A DNA stretch of 64,000 nt from an uncultured bacterium (GTDB taxonomy: Bacteria > Bacillota_I > Bacilli_A > RFN20 > CAG-826): the NCBI GenBank assembly GCA_949299195.1, contig CASFZN010000020.1, positions 48,903 through 112,902 of the forward strand, in the 5' to 3' direction. Below are positions 28,445-38,271 of the stretch, in pieces. The notes below the pieces were generated by a model. The model was not told the DNA's origin. It ran no database searches and saw only the letters and a list, made by a program, of their open reading frames with translations. Numbering within the stretch: position 1 is the stretch's first letter; the number at the start of each line of letters is the position of its first letter. The position numbers and the translations under genes were made by a program.

Positions 28445-29316
28445 TGACAATGTCTAGAAAAGTTGGCGTCAGAGCACGCCGTCATATTGTTAATGGTATT
28501 ATTTATATCTTTTTAACTATTCTATCAATCATTTGGATTTTCCCATTCGTTTACATTTTTGTTCAATCGATTAGAGGAGATACAACTGGTATTGCTTTGA
28601 CTTTCTTCCCTGAAGGCTTCAATTATACTTTAAATAATTATGTTAATCTTTTTACTGACCATCTTTATAGCTTTGGAACTTGGTATTTAAATACTTTAAT
28701 TATCGCTTTAATGACAACAGTAGTTCAAACAATTTTAGTTTTGATGACAGCTTATACCTTATCAAGATTAAGATTTAAAGGAAGAAAAGGAATCATGAAA
28801 TTAATGCTTATTTTAGGTATGTTCCCTGGATTCCTTGGCATGATTTGTATTTATAGAATCTTACAAGCAGCCGGCTTACAATCAAGCGTTTTTGGTTTAT
28901 TCCTTGTTTATATTGCTGGATCAGCTATGAATTATTACATCTCTAAGGGCTTCTTTGATACAATTCCTCGTTCACTCGATGAAGCTGCATTAATTGATGG
29001 TGCAAATAGAAATACTGTTTTCTGGAAAATTATTATTCCATTATCAAAGCCGATTGTTGTTTATACGGTTTTAACAGCTTTCTTAGCTCCTTGGGGAGAT
29101 TTCATGATGGCTAGCTACCTTGTTGGTAGAGGCGCACAAACTAGTTATACAGTTGCTATCGGTTTGAGACAATTTGTTCAACCAACCTTAGCAGCAAGCT
29201 ATTTTACTAGATTCTGTGCTGGTGGAATTTTCGTTTCGATTCCAATTGTTATCTTATTCTTCTTCTTACAAAGATATTATGTTGAAGGAGTTACTGGAGG
29301 AGCCGTCAAAGGCTAA
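28444..29316 (+). CDS. Maltodextrin ABC permease, MalG/MalD-like
   Basis: EAA loop KGFFDTIPRSLDEAALIDGA; overlaps the upstream permease stop. Confidence 0.92.
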   Translation: MTMSRKVGVRARRHIVNGIIYIFLTILSIIWIFPFVYIFVQSIRGDTTGIALTFFPEGFNYTLNNYVNLFTDHLYSFGTWYLNTLIIALMTTVVQTILVLMTAYTLSRLRFKGRKGIMKLMLILGMFPGFLGMICIYRILQAAGLQSSVFGLFLVYIAGSAMNYYISKGFFDTIPRSLDEAALIDGANRNTVFWKIIIPLSKPIVVYTVLTAFLAPWGDFMMASYLVGRGAQTSYTVAIGLRQFVQPTLAASYFTRFCAGGIFVSIPIVILFFFLQRYYVEGVTGGAVKG

Positions 29317-29330
29317 TATAGGAGAAATAT

Positions 29331-31862
29331 ATGGCAAATTTACACTTAAAAAACATATATAAAGTTTATCCAAATGGCGCTAAAGCTGTTTCAAACTTTA
29401 ATATGGAAATCAAAGATAAAGAATTTATTGTTTTTGTCGGTCCTTCTGGATGTGGCAAATCAACTACATTACGTATGATCGCTGGCCTTGAAGATATCAC
29501 TGCTGGTGAATTATATATTGGTGATGAACTTGTTAATGATGTCGAACCTAAGGATAGAGATATCGCAATGGTTTTCCAAAACTATGCACTTTATCCTCAT
29601 ATGACTGTTTATGATAATATGGCTTTCGGTCTTAAATTAAGACATGTTCCAAAAGAAGAAATTCATAAAAAAGTCTTATGGGCAGCCGACGTTTTAAAAC
29701 TTACCGAGTATTTAGATAGAAAACCTAGAGCTATGTCTGGTGGTCAAAGACAAAGAGTTGCTTTGGGTAGAGCTATTTTAAGAAGCCCAAAAGTCTTCTT
29801 GCTCGATGAACCTCTTTCCAACCTTGATGCTAAATTAAGAACTGAAATGAGAGCTGAAATTGCTAAGATTCATAACCAATTGCAAACAACTTTCATTTAT
29901 GTTACCCATGACCAAACGGAAGCTATGACTCTTGGAACAAGAGTTGTTGTTATGAAATTAGGTGAAGTACAACAAATTGATACACCTCAAAATCTTTATA
30001 ATTATCCATCAAATAAATTCGTTGCTGGATTTATTGGAACTCCACAAATGAATTTCTTTGAAGCAACATTAAAGAGAAATGGCGATACTGTCGAAATTAT
30101 TTTCGATTATTGTGATAATAAACTCTATGTTCCTTTCGAAGATTTATTAAAAGTCACCCCAGCTTATTTAAATGGTAAAGAACATGTTTGGGTTGGTTTA
30201 AGATGTGAAGATATTTCATTAGAACCTGAAGATATTGCTAAGAGCAAAAATATCATGAAGATAAAAGTTTCTCACTTCGAAGAACTCGGAAATGAAACTT
30301 TAATTTATGGTGATTTAAATATGGGTGGCGATGGTTTCGTTGAATCATCCACTAGAGTTATCGCTAAATCAAATCATGGTTATTTAAATTTAAAACCTGG
30401 AGACGTTGTTGAAGCTGCTTTCAATATGAAGAAAGCACATTTCTTCGATAAGAAGAGTGAAGACACAATCGTTCCACGTGTTCCAAAAGAAAATGTCTTC
30501 GATTGCAGCGTTAAAAACGGACATCTTACATTCTTAAATACAGAGATTACATTACCATCAGCTATTAAATGTAAAGATATCGAAGTCGGACGTTTTATTA
30601 TCCCAACCGATGCAATAAGTTTAACTGATGAAGGTGAATTAAGTGCTAAAGTAACTGGATTTGAAGTAGTTAACGATGTTAAACTTTGCTATTTAAATAT
30701 TAATGGAAGAACATTCTTTGCTATTACTGAAAAAGAATATGAAGTTGGCACAGTTGTAAAATTATCGATTGATTATAAGAAGATTTCTATCTTCGAAAAC
30801 GATAGTGATGAAGCAGCTGTTAAACCACTTTCTACACATGATACTTTCTTAGGTTTATTTACCAATTTAGAAAATAATACTAAAGCTATTAAATCTTTAA
30901 CTAAATTAATAGATGAAATTTCTGAAAATAAAGTTAAAGAAGTTGAAAGAGAAGAATCATTAAAACTTTCAGAATTAGGCTATAATAACTTCTTATATAA
31001 AGAATATAAAGAAGATTATAAAGATGCTCTTGATGCTAATAAAAATGAACTTACCTATAAATTATCAACATTAGATTTAGGTAAAGATGGTAAAAAGAAA
31101 GCAAGAGATGAATATAAAGCAGCTAATGAAAAAGCTAAGGCAGAATATTTAGAAAAAATTAAAGTCTTAGATGCTAAAAAATCTCAAGCTTCTGCTGATA
31201 GTGCTACAAAAGCTGATAGTATCAAAGAAACTTATTCAAAAGAAATCGCTAATTTAAAACAATATTATAAGAATATTGCTAAAGATATTAGTGATGGCGC
31301 AAGCGAACTTAAACCTCTATTTGAAGAAACTAAAGCTGAAAGTGAAGCTACATTAGCTAAAGATATGAGCGAACTTAAGGCTAAGAGAAAAGAAACTTTA
31401 GCTGCTTTACATAATGAACTTAGTAAAGCTAAGACAAGTGATGAAAAAGCTTCAATTAAAGATAAGATCGCTCGTAATAATGATCGTTTCGATAAAGAAG
31501 AAGAACTTGCTGGATTAAAAGCTAAGAGTTTCTATATCGGAATTAATGGTCACTACGTTAAATCTTCATTCGATATTACTAAACGTATTGTTCAAGCATT
31601 CGGTACTGCTTTATTTAGATCTAATTATCGCTATGAAATTTCTCATTACGATTATGTTCGCGTCAATGATGGCGGATTAATCGCTCATGTTGAAGAGATT
31701 TTAGATTATGGTAAAGAAAAATTTGCTAGATGCTTAGTAAATAAAAATGAAATTTATGTTTCTTGTAAAGACGATGTCAAAGTTGGAGATACTTTACATT
31801 TGACATTCAATTTGAATAACATTAGAGTATTCGAGAACAAATTTGATATCAGATTATTCTAA
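29331..31862 (+). CDS. Sugar ABC ATPase MsmX/MalK-like with a long C-terminal extension (extra TOBE-like segments and a coiled coil)
   Basis: GPSGCGKS, MSGGQRQRVALGR, LLDEPLSNLD and VTHDQ motifs; 843 aa versus roughly 370 aa for typical MalK. Confidence 0.92.
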   Translation: MANLHLKNIYKVYPNGAKAVSNFNMEIKDKEFIVFVGPSGCGKSTTLRMIAGLEDITAGELYIGDELVNDVEPKDRDIAMVFQNYALYPHMTVYDNMAFGLKLRHVPKEEIHKKVLWAADVLKLTEYLDRKPRAMSGGQRQRVALGRAILRSPKVFLLDEPLSNLDAKLRTEMRAEIAKIHNQLQTTFIYVTHDQTEAMTLGTRVVVMKLGEVQQIDTPQNLYNYPSNKFVAGFIGTPQMNFFEATLKRNGDTVEIIFDYCDNKLYVPFEDLLKVTPAYLNGKEHVWVGLRCEDISLEPEDIAKSKNIMKIKVSHFEELGNETLIYGDLNMGGDGFVESSTRVIAKSNHGYLNLKPGDVVEAAFNMKKAHFFDKKSEDTIVPRVPKENVFDCSVKNGHLTFLNTEITLPSAIKCKDIEVGRFIIPTDAISLTDEGELSAKVTGFEVVNDVKLCYLNINGRTFFAITEKEYEVGTVVKLSIDYKKISIFENDSDEAAVKPLSTHDTFLGLFTNLENNTKAIKSLTKLIDEISENKVKEVEREESLKLSELGYNNFLYKEYKEDYKDALDANKNELTYKLSTLDLGKDGKKKARDEYKAANEKAKAEYLEKIKVLDAKKSQASADSATKADSIKETYSKEIANLKQYYKNIAKDISDGASELKPLFEETKAESEATLAKDMSELKAKRKETLAALHNELSKAKTSDEKASIKDKIARNNDRFDKEEELAGLKAKSFYIGINGHYVKSSFDITKRIVQAFGTALFRSNYRYEISHYDYVRVNDGGLIAHVEEILDYGKEKFARCLVNKNEIYVSCKDDVKVGDTLHLTFNLNNIRVFENKFDIRLF

Positions 31863-31869
31863 GATTATT

Positions 31870-32583
31870 ATGAAAAAAAATAAAAAACTTATTTTCGTTT
31901 TATTCCCTATCCTGCTCCTTGGAGCAGGATGTGGGAATACAACTGACTTGCCAGCTGACATTTATAATTATTTAAAACAATTTAGTTTTAATAAAACTTA
32001 TGCAAATACCAATCAATGTGTTTTAACCTCTCTTTATCAAGAATTTGATAAAGATGGAAATTTAATTGGTGAGAAAAAAGAAGATCTTAATTTTTCTAAA
32101 ACAGAAGAAAATGAAGATTTAAGGTTTGATTATATTTGTCAAAATTTCGGGAACCAAGTAGAAGCTAATGATGGCTTAAACGTTAAGGAAACTACATTAT
32201 TTACTAATAATTCGGGTAAATATGAAATTCTTAAAACTGAAAACGGCAAAAGTATTTTAAATGAAGAATTGATTTTTCAAGATGCGTATTCTTATATGAT
32301 TTCTTTATTTTATACTAATGATTCGCCTTATCGTTATGGTGGATTATATTATGGAGATTATTTCCAAATTAATTCTCATACATTTGGATTGAATTATAAA
32401 ATTAAAGACGATTTTTTATATTTTGAATCCAAAAATGATGAAAATTATTTCGAAGATGCAATTGCTTCGCAAATAATCGCAATCAATAATAATGGAATGT
32501 TAGTATATTGTAATCAAACCTTAACAAATACTGTTACCGGAAATTATGCTACAATGCTTCTTGAAGCAACATATAAAAAATAA
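31870..32583 (+). CDS. Hypothetical lipoprotein
   Basis: MKKNKKLIFVLFPILLLGAGC signal with lipobox; likely start ATG 31870. Confidence 0.75.
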   Translation: MKKNKKLIFVLFPILLLGAGCGNTTDLPADIYNYLKQFSFNKTYANTNQCVLTSLYQEFDKDGNLIGEKKEDLNFSKTEENEDLRFDYICQNFGNQVEANDGLNVKETTLFTNNSGKYEILKTENGKSILNEELIFQDAYSYMISLFYTNDSPYRYGGLYYGDYFQINSHTFGLNYKIKDDFLYFESKNDENYFEDAIASQIIAINNNGMLVYCNQTLTNTVTGNYATMLLEATYKK

Positions 32584-32621
32584 CCACTATTATAATTGGT
32601 AAAATAGTGGTTTTATTATTT

Positions 32622-33083
32622 TTAAATTTTTTCTTTTTGCCAAATTATTTGATAAGTTAATGCTGCTGAACAATTTATTAATAAAGTTAGGGCGATAGAG
32701 AAGAAGAAGTAATTATCAGAAAGGAAAACGTCGATAATATTAAAAACGTTTAAAATTTGTAAGCCGAAGATAATTGAAAAAGTTAATCCTGCTAAACCAA
32801 CAATTATAAATAAAGAGAAAGAAATATAATTGATTCGAAAAGCAGCTCCTTCTTTAAAACAAATAATTGGTAAAAGCGAAGCTTCTTTATTAAAACCTCG
32901 AATATATAAATAAGCTTCAATGATATGTAAAATAACGATTACAGCTAATCCTATAGAAGTAAATAAAATACCTTCGCCTTCAGAATGTTCGGCGAATTGT
33001 AGATTTATTGCTAGATATAAGATTAAAGCTGCCGATATGATAAATAAAAAGATATATATTAAATTATAAATTTTAAGTTTCAT
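32622..33083 (-). CDS. Hypothetical 4-TM membrane protein
   Basis: Four hydrophobic segments; resembles 20013..20450; TAAAAT 6 nt before the ATG. Confidence 0.7.
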   Translation of the reverse strand: MKLKIYNLIYIFLFIISAALILYLAINLQFAEHSEGEGILFTSIGLAVIVILHIIEAYLYIRGFNKEASLLPIICFKEGAAFRINYISFSLFIIVGLAGLTFSIIFGLQILNVFNIIDVFLSDNYFFFSIALTLLINCSAALTYQIIWQKEKI

Positions 33084-33134
33084 GCAAATATTTTATAATA
33101 AAGCTAATTTAATTTGAATAGGAGTTTAATAAAT

Positions 33135-34859
33135 ATGAATTTTAGCGCAGTTGAACATATTAGCGATTCTAAATATTGCTTCGCAATTAATGAATCTGAA
33201 ATGAAAGTTAGATTAAAAGTTGATAAAAATGATCATTTCCAAAAAATCGAATGTTTGTATAACAATTCGCAATTTTTTTATAAAACTCAAAAGAGTTTAG
33301 TAATGAATAGAGAATTTGAAGATGATTATTTTGCTTATTATTCAGTAATATTTAAATGCGATAAAAATGATCCACGTTCATCATATGTCTTTTTACTTAC
33401 TGATGAAGATGGTAAAAAATATTTCTTTAGCGAAGATGGTTTGACTAAAGATTATGATTTTTCGTTCTCTTTTTACAATCGTTTTGGAATCCCATATATT
33501 AATAAAATAGATATTAAAGGGAATAAGAAATTCGAAGGTAGTTTGGTCTATCAAATTTTTCCTGAAAGATTTAATTGTTCTGATTTTTCTAAAAAATATA
33601 TTAATCAAGATTGGTATAGCCTCTCTTTAAAAGGTGATAATAATAATCGTATTCAAAACGTCTTTTTAGGTGGTGATTTTAATGGAATTACTTCTAAAAT
33701 CGACTATATTGCTGATTTAGGTTTTGATACTATTTATTTAACCCCAATTTGTCAATCACCTTCTAATCATAAATATGATGTAATCGATTATTTTAAGGTT
33801 GATGAGATGTTTGGAACAACCGAAGATTTTAAAAACTTAGTTGGTCGTGCCCATCAAAAGGGAATTAAAATTATTCTTGATTTAGTATTTAATCATTCTT
33901 CAAAATATAATGAAATGTTTTTAGATGCATTAAAAAATGGCAAAGCTTCAAAATATTTTAATTATTATTGTATTCATGATGAAGTTTTTAAAGATAGCCA
34001 AGTAAACTATGAAACTTTCGGTTTTACTGATCAAATGCCAAAATTAAATTCAAATAATTTTGATGAACATGATTATTTTGTCGGCGTCGGAAAATATTTT
34101 ATTAAAGAATATAATATTGATGGTTATCGTCTCGATGTAGCTGATGAAGTTTCTCATACTTTCTGGCGTTATTTCAAACATGAGATGAAAAGAGTAAAAG
34201 AAGATATCCTTTTAATTGGTGAACACTGGACTGATTCAACATCATATTTAAGTGCATCTGAGCTTGATAGCGTCATGAATTATCCATTCTTTGTTGCTAG
34301 TAAATATTTTTATATTGAACATAAGTTTAATGCTCAGGAATATGCTCAAAAATTAAACTCCTTATTGCTTAGATATGATGATAATACAAATAAAGTCTTA
34401 TTGAATCTTTTAGATTCACATGATACAGTTCGTTTTTATAATTTTGTTAAAAATGACAAAAATCTTTATTTAATTGCTTTTTTGACTTTGATTGTCTACC
34501 CTGGAATGAGCATGATTTATTATGGAGATGAAATCTTTATGGAAGGTGGCTTTGATCCAGACAATCGAAGAGGTATGCTTTGGAATTCTAAAGAATTTGA
34601 TAGTAAAGAACATCAAATCTTTAAAGATATTTTAAAACTAAAACAAATTGATGTTATTCGTCATGGTGATGTTAAAATCTATGCTAAGGACGATTTATTA
34701 ATTATTGATCGTTTTGATAATCAATATAGAGTTAGAACAATCATTAATAACTCTGGAAAAGATAAAAATATTGATTTAAATAATATAATTTTAATGAATA
34801 ATTATCAAAATAAGGTCTTAAAAGACAAAGGATTTGTAGTTATTAAAGAAGATATTTAA
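33135..34859 (+). CDS. Neopullulanase/cyclomaltodextrinase (GH13_20-like, N-terminal CBM34-type domain)
   Basis: VYQIFPERF, GGDFNGI, SPSNHKYD, DGYRLDVADE, IGEHW, LLDSHDT and DPDNRR motifs; ATG 33135 follows AGGAG. Confidence 0.9.
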   Translation: MNFSAVEHISDSKYCFAINESEMKVRLKVDKNDHFQKIECLYNNSQFFYKTQKSLVMNREFEDDYFAYYSVIFKCDKNDPRSSYVFLLTDEDGKKYFFSEDGLTKDYDFSFSFYNRFGIPYINKIDIKGNKKFEGSLVYQIFPERFNCSDFSKKYINQDWYSLSLKGDNNNRIQNVFLGGDFNGITSKIDYIADLGFDTIYLTPICQSPSNHKYDVIDYFKVDEMFGTTEDFKNLVGRAHQKGIKIILDLVFNHSSKYNEMFLDALKNGKASKYFNYYCIHDEVFKDSQVNYETFGFTDQMPKLNSNNFDEHDYFVGVGKYFIKEYNIDGYRLDVADEVSHTFWRYFKHEMKRVKEDILLIGEHWTDSTSYLSASELDSVMNYPFFVASKYFYIEHKFNAQEYAQKLNSLLLRYDDNTNKVLLNLLDSHDTVRFYNFVKNDKNLYLIAFLTLIVYPGMSMIYYGDEIFMEGGFDPDNRRGMLWNSKEFDSKEHQIFKDILKLKQIDVIRHGDVKIYAKDDLLIIDRFDNQYRVRTIINNSGKDKNIDLNNIILMNNYQNKVLKDKGFVVIKEDI

Positions 34860-34862
34860 AAA

Positions 34863-34954
34863 AGAAAGCACTTTCATAAATTTAAATAAAAAAAATTAAA
34901 AGAACGATATTTATCGTTCTTTTTTTAACGAAAAAATGAAAGAAAGCGTTTTCA
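34863..34954. promoter_or_regulatory. Two cre/LacI-like operator half-palindromes flanking the neopullulanase terminator
   Basis: AGAAAGCACTTTCA (34863-34876) and AGAAAGCGTTTTCA (34941-34954). Confidence 0.45.
34898..34926 (+). terminator. Terminator after the neopullulanase gene
   Basis: AAAAGAACGAT / ATCGTTCTTTT stem followed by a T run. Confidence 0.7.
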
Positions 34955-35057
34955 ATTTTTAGATTAATTTTGCTAGATTTTTTATTTTTCTTACTTTTCT
35001 TATATGATATAAGTACCTCAAAAGAGGTGAATTAATTAATATCAGGAGGCAAACTTT

Positions 35058-35204
35058 ATGATTAAAATTATGTTTAAAAAATTATTTATGAAAAAATATT
35101 TAAAAAAAGTTAATAGATCAATTGTTGGAGTTGAAAATTATAGTGTTCAATCAGGTAATTTTATTCCTCCAGTTGCATTTATTAATATTCAACAAGAATT
35201 CTAA
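35058..35204 (+). CDS. Unannotated 48-aa small protein with a cationic amphipathic N-terminus
   Basis: AGGAGG at 35044-35049, ATG 35058, TAA 35202-35204; MIKIMFKKLFMKKYLKKVNRSIVGVENYSVQSGNFIPPVAFINIQQEF; extended -10 TGATATAAG at 35005-35013. Confidence 0.6.
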   Translation: MIKIMFKKLFMKKYLKKVNRSIVGVENYSVQSGNFIPPVAFINIQQEF

Positions 35205-35254
35205 TCTTATTTATTATTTTATTTAATGAATAAATTATTAATTATCGATAATAT

Positions 35255-35283
35255 TTTACATATTATTTAAAATAAGGTATTAT
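35255..35283 (+). promoter_or_regulatory. Sigma-A promoter for the ileS leader
   Basis: TTTACA, 17 nt, TATTAT. Confidence 0.5.
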
Positions 35284-35289
35284 TTATTC

Positions 35290-35500
35290 GTTAAAAGACA
35301 CGTCTTTAAGATTAATTTTCTAACTAGAGAATGTAACATTTGGTGGAAGTTACAAGAAAATCCTTAAAGGTATCACTTTTATTATATTTTTAAAACCGTT
35401 ACTTGTTGAGGGTATATCTTTTAAGATATAAACTAAGGTGGTACCGCGGATAAGCTTAGCTATTCGTCCTTAGAAATTAAATTTCTATGGACTTTTTTAT
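35290..35500 (+). ncRNA. T-box riboswitch, Ile specifier (AUC)
   Basis: Stem I (CTTTAAG/CTTAAAG, ATTTTCT/AGAAAAT, TGTAAC/GTTACA; AGAGA bulge, GGTGGAA loop); ATC at 35372-35374; T-box AACTAAGGTGGTACCGCG from 35431. Confidence 0.9.
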
Positions 35501-35517
35501 TAGAAAGGAGAAATTTG

Positions 35518-38271
35518 ATGAGTTTGAAAGATACTTTATTAATGCCTAAAACTGATTTTGAAATGAGAGGTAATCTCAACATTAAAGAACCTAAATTCTT
35601 AGAAAAATGGGATAAAGAAGACATTTATCATAAGAATAATGAAGGAAAAGATAAAGAATTCATGCTTCATGATGGTCCTCCATATGCAAACGGAGATATG
35701 CATATGGGACATGCTTTAAATAGAATCTTAAAAGACTTTGTTGTTAGATATAAAAATATGAGTGGCTATAAAACAGAGTTTGTTTTTGGTTGGGACACTC
35801 ATGGTCTTCCTATTGAAAATATGGTTACTAAAAGTGGTGTAAATCGTAAAGCCACTCCAGTAGTTGAATTTAGAAAAAAATGTGAAGAATATGCATTAAC
35901 TCAAGTAGAAAGACAAAAAAGGAGTATTAAAAGACTCGGTTGTTTAGGAGATTATGATCATCCTTATTTAACCTTACAAAAAGAATATGAAGCTATGGAA
36001 ATTAATGCTTTTAGTAAGATCGCATTAAAAGGCTTAATTTATAAGGGTTTAAAACCAGTTTATTGGTCTCCTAGTAGTGAAAGTGCTCTTGCTGAAGCTG
36101 AAATAGAATATAAAGACATTGAATCAACAACTGTTATTGTTTCTTTTGATAGTGTTGATGGAAAAGACTTAATTCCAAGTGATGCCAAATACTTAATTTG
36201 GACTACAACTCCATGGACTTTACCTGCAAACTTAGCAATTTGCGCTAATCCAGATTTTGAATATGGATTATATGAAACTAGTATAGGTAAATTCGTCTTT
36301 TTATGTTCCTTAAAAGATAAACTTACAGAATTAATAGGTTTTAATGATGTAAAACTCATTAAAACCTTTAAAGGAAAAGACTTAGAAGGATTAAAAGCAA
36401 AACACCCTTTCTATGATAAAGAATCATTATTAATTAATGGTGATTATGTTACTGATGAAGATGGTACTGGTTTAGTCCATATTGCTCCAGGACATGGTAT
36501 GGATGACTATTTAGTATGTTTAAAATATGGCATTAAACCATATTGTCCTGTTGATGGACTTGGTAAGATGACAAAAGATGCCGGTCCTAGACTCGAAGGC
36601 TTATTTTATGAAGACGCCAATGAAGAAGTCTTAAAAATGTTAAAAGAAAATAATCATCTTTTAAATGAAAAGAAAATTGTTCACTCTTACCCACACGATT
36701 GGAGAACTCATAAACCAATTATCTTTAGAGCAACTGACCAATGGTTCTGTTCAATCGATCCAATTAAAGATGAATTAATTGAACACGTTCATAATGTAAA
36801 TTGGGTCCCTGAATGGGGTGAAAATAGAATGGTCAATATGATTAAAGATCGAAGTGATTGGTGTATTTCTAGACAAAGACTTTGGGGCGTACCTTTACCT
36901 ATAATTTACTGCGAAGACGATACTCCTTTAATTGAAAAAGAAGTATTTGATCATATTGAAGAGCTTTTTAGAGAACATGGTTCTAACATTTGGTATGAAA
37001 AAGAAGCTAAAGATTTATTACCTAATGGCTATACTAATCAACATTCTCCTAATGGAATTTATAGAAAAGAAACCGATATTATGGATGTTTGGTTTGATAG
37101 TGGAAGCTCTTGGAATAGCGTTTTAAAAGAAAGAGGAATGAAATATCCTTCAGACCTTTATTTAGAAGGGAATGACCAATATCGTGGTTGGTTTAATTCT
37201 TCCCTTATTTTAAGTGTTGCTAATAATAATGTTCCTCCATTTAAGAGTGTTGTAACTCATGGCTTTGTCATGGATGAAAAATGGGAAAAGATGTCTAAAT
37301 CTAAAGGAAACGGCATCGATCCTTTAAAAATTATTGAAACTTATGGTAGTGATACTTTAAGACTATGGTCTAGTTTAATCGACTTTAAACAAGATGCTAG
37401 AATCAGTGAATCAATTATTAAAACAATCAGTGAACAATACCGTAAAATTAGAAATACCTTTAAATTCTTATTAGGTAATATTAATAACGTAACTTTAGAT
37501 GAATTAAACGAAGTAGAAATTAAAGAAATTGTTGATTTAACCATCCTTGCTAAACTTGAAAGAGTAAAGAATGAATATTTAGACAGTATGGATGAATATG
37601 ATTTTATTAATGCTACTACTAAGTTATTAGCATTTATGAGTAGTGATCTATCAAGTTTTTATTTAGATATCACTAAAGATATTCTTTATTGCGAAGACAA
37701 AAATAGTTTAAGAAGAAAAGAAGTAATAAAAGTTTTAAATACCATCACTAATGAATTAATGATTATGTTTAATCCTATTCTTCCATTTACAATGGAAGAA
37801 GTTAATAGTTTCTATCCATTTAAAAAGTATGATAATGTAATGCTTTATCCAATGGTAAAAAAATCCCACTATTATGAAGAATATCTTCCTATCTATGAAA
37901 AATTAATGTCTTTAAGAGAAGATGTTCTTAAAGCGTGTGAAAATAAAAGAAATGAAGGAATTATTAAGTCTAACCAAGAAGCAAGTGTAACTCTTAATAT
38001 CTTTGATACTAGTATCAAAGATGCTTATAATAAATTATCTACTAAAGAAGAAAAAACTAGATTCTTTATTGTATCTTCTATAAGTGAAGATCCTTCACTT
38101 AATGAAGATACATTAAGAATGAAAGTAAGCTATGTTAAAGTAACCCATTCAACTGGAGAAAAATGTAAAAGATGTTGGAATTACTTTAATGAAAATGAAT
38201 TAACTACTTTAGATAATGGAGAAAAAGTATGTTCAAGATGTTTAAAGGCATTAAAGTTAAGGAAATATTAA
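35518..38271 (+). CDS. ileS: Isoleucyl-tRNA synthetase (type 1)
   Basis: PYANGDMHMGH, WDTHGLP, IWTTTPWT, DWCISRQR, KMSKS and a C-terminal CxxC..CxxC. Confidence 0.98.
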   Translation: MSLKDTLLMPKTDFEMRGNLNIKEPKFLEKWDKEDIYHKNNEGKDKEFMLHDGPPYANGDMHMGHALNRILKDFVVRYKNMSGYKTEFVFGWDTHGLPIENMVTKSGVNRKATPVVEFRKKCEEYALTQVERQKRSIKRLGCLGDYDHPYLTLQKEYEAMEINAFSKIALKGLIYKGLKPVYWSPSSESALAEAEIEYKDIESTTVIVSFDSVDGKDLIPSDAKYLIWTTTPWTLPANLAICANPDFEYGLYETSIGKFVFLCSLKDKLTELIGFNDVKLIKTFKGKDLEGLKAKHPFYDKESLLINGDYVTDEDGTGLVHIAPGHGMDDYLVCLKYGIKPYCPVDGLGKMTKDAGPRLEGLFYEDANEEVLKMLKENNHLLNEKKIVHSYPHDWRTHKPIIFRATDQWFCSIDPIKDELIEHVHNVNWVPEWGENRMVNMIKDRSDWCISRQRLWGVPLPIIYCEDDTPLIEKEVFDHIEELFREHGSNIWYEKEAKDLLPNGYTNQHSPNGIYRKETDIMDVWFDSGSSWNSVLKERGMKYPSDLYLEGNDQYRGWFNSSLILSVANNNVPPFKSVVTHGFVMDEKWEKMSKSKGNGIDPLKIIETYGSDTLRLWSSLIDFKQDARISESIIKTISEQYRKIRNTFKFLLGNINNVTLDELNEVEIKEIVDLTILAKLERVKNEYLDSMDEYDFINATTKLLAFMSSDLSSFYLDITKDILYCEDKNSLRRKEVIKVLNTITNELMIMFNPILPFTMEEVNSFYPFKKYDNVMLYPMVKKSHYYEEYLPIYEKLMSLREDVLKACENKRNEGIIKSNQEASVTLNIFDTSIKDAYNKLSTKEEKTRFFIVSSISEDPSLNEDTLRMKVSYVKVTHSTGEKCKRCWNYFNENELTTLDNGEKVCSRCLKALKLRKY

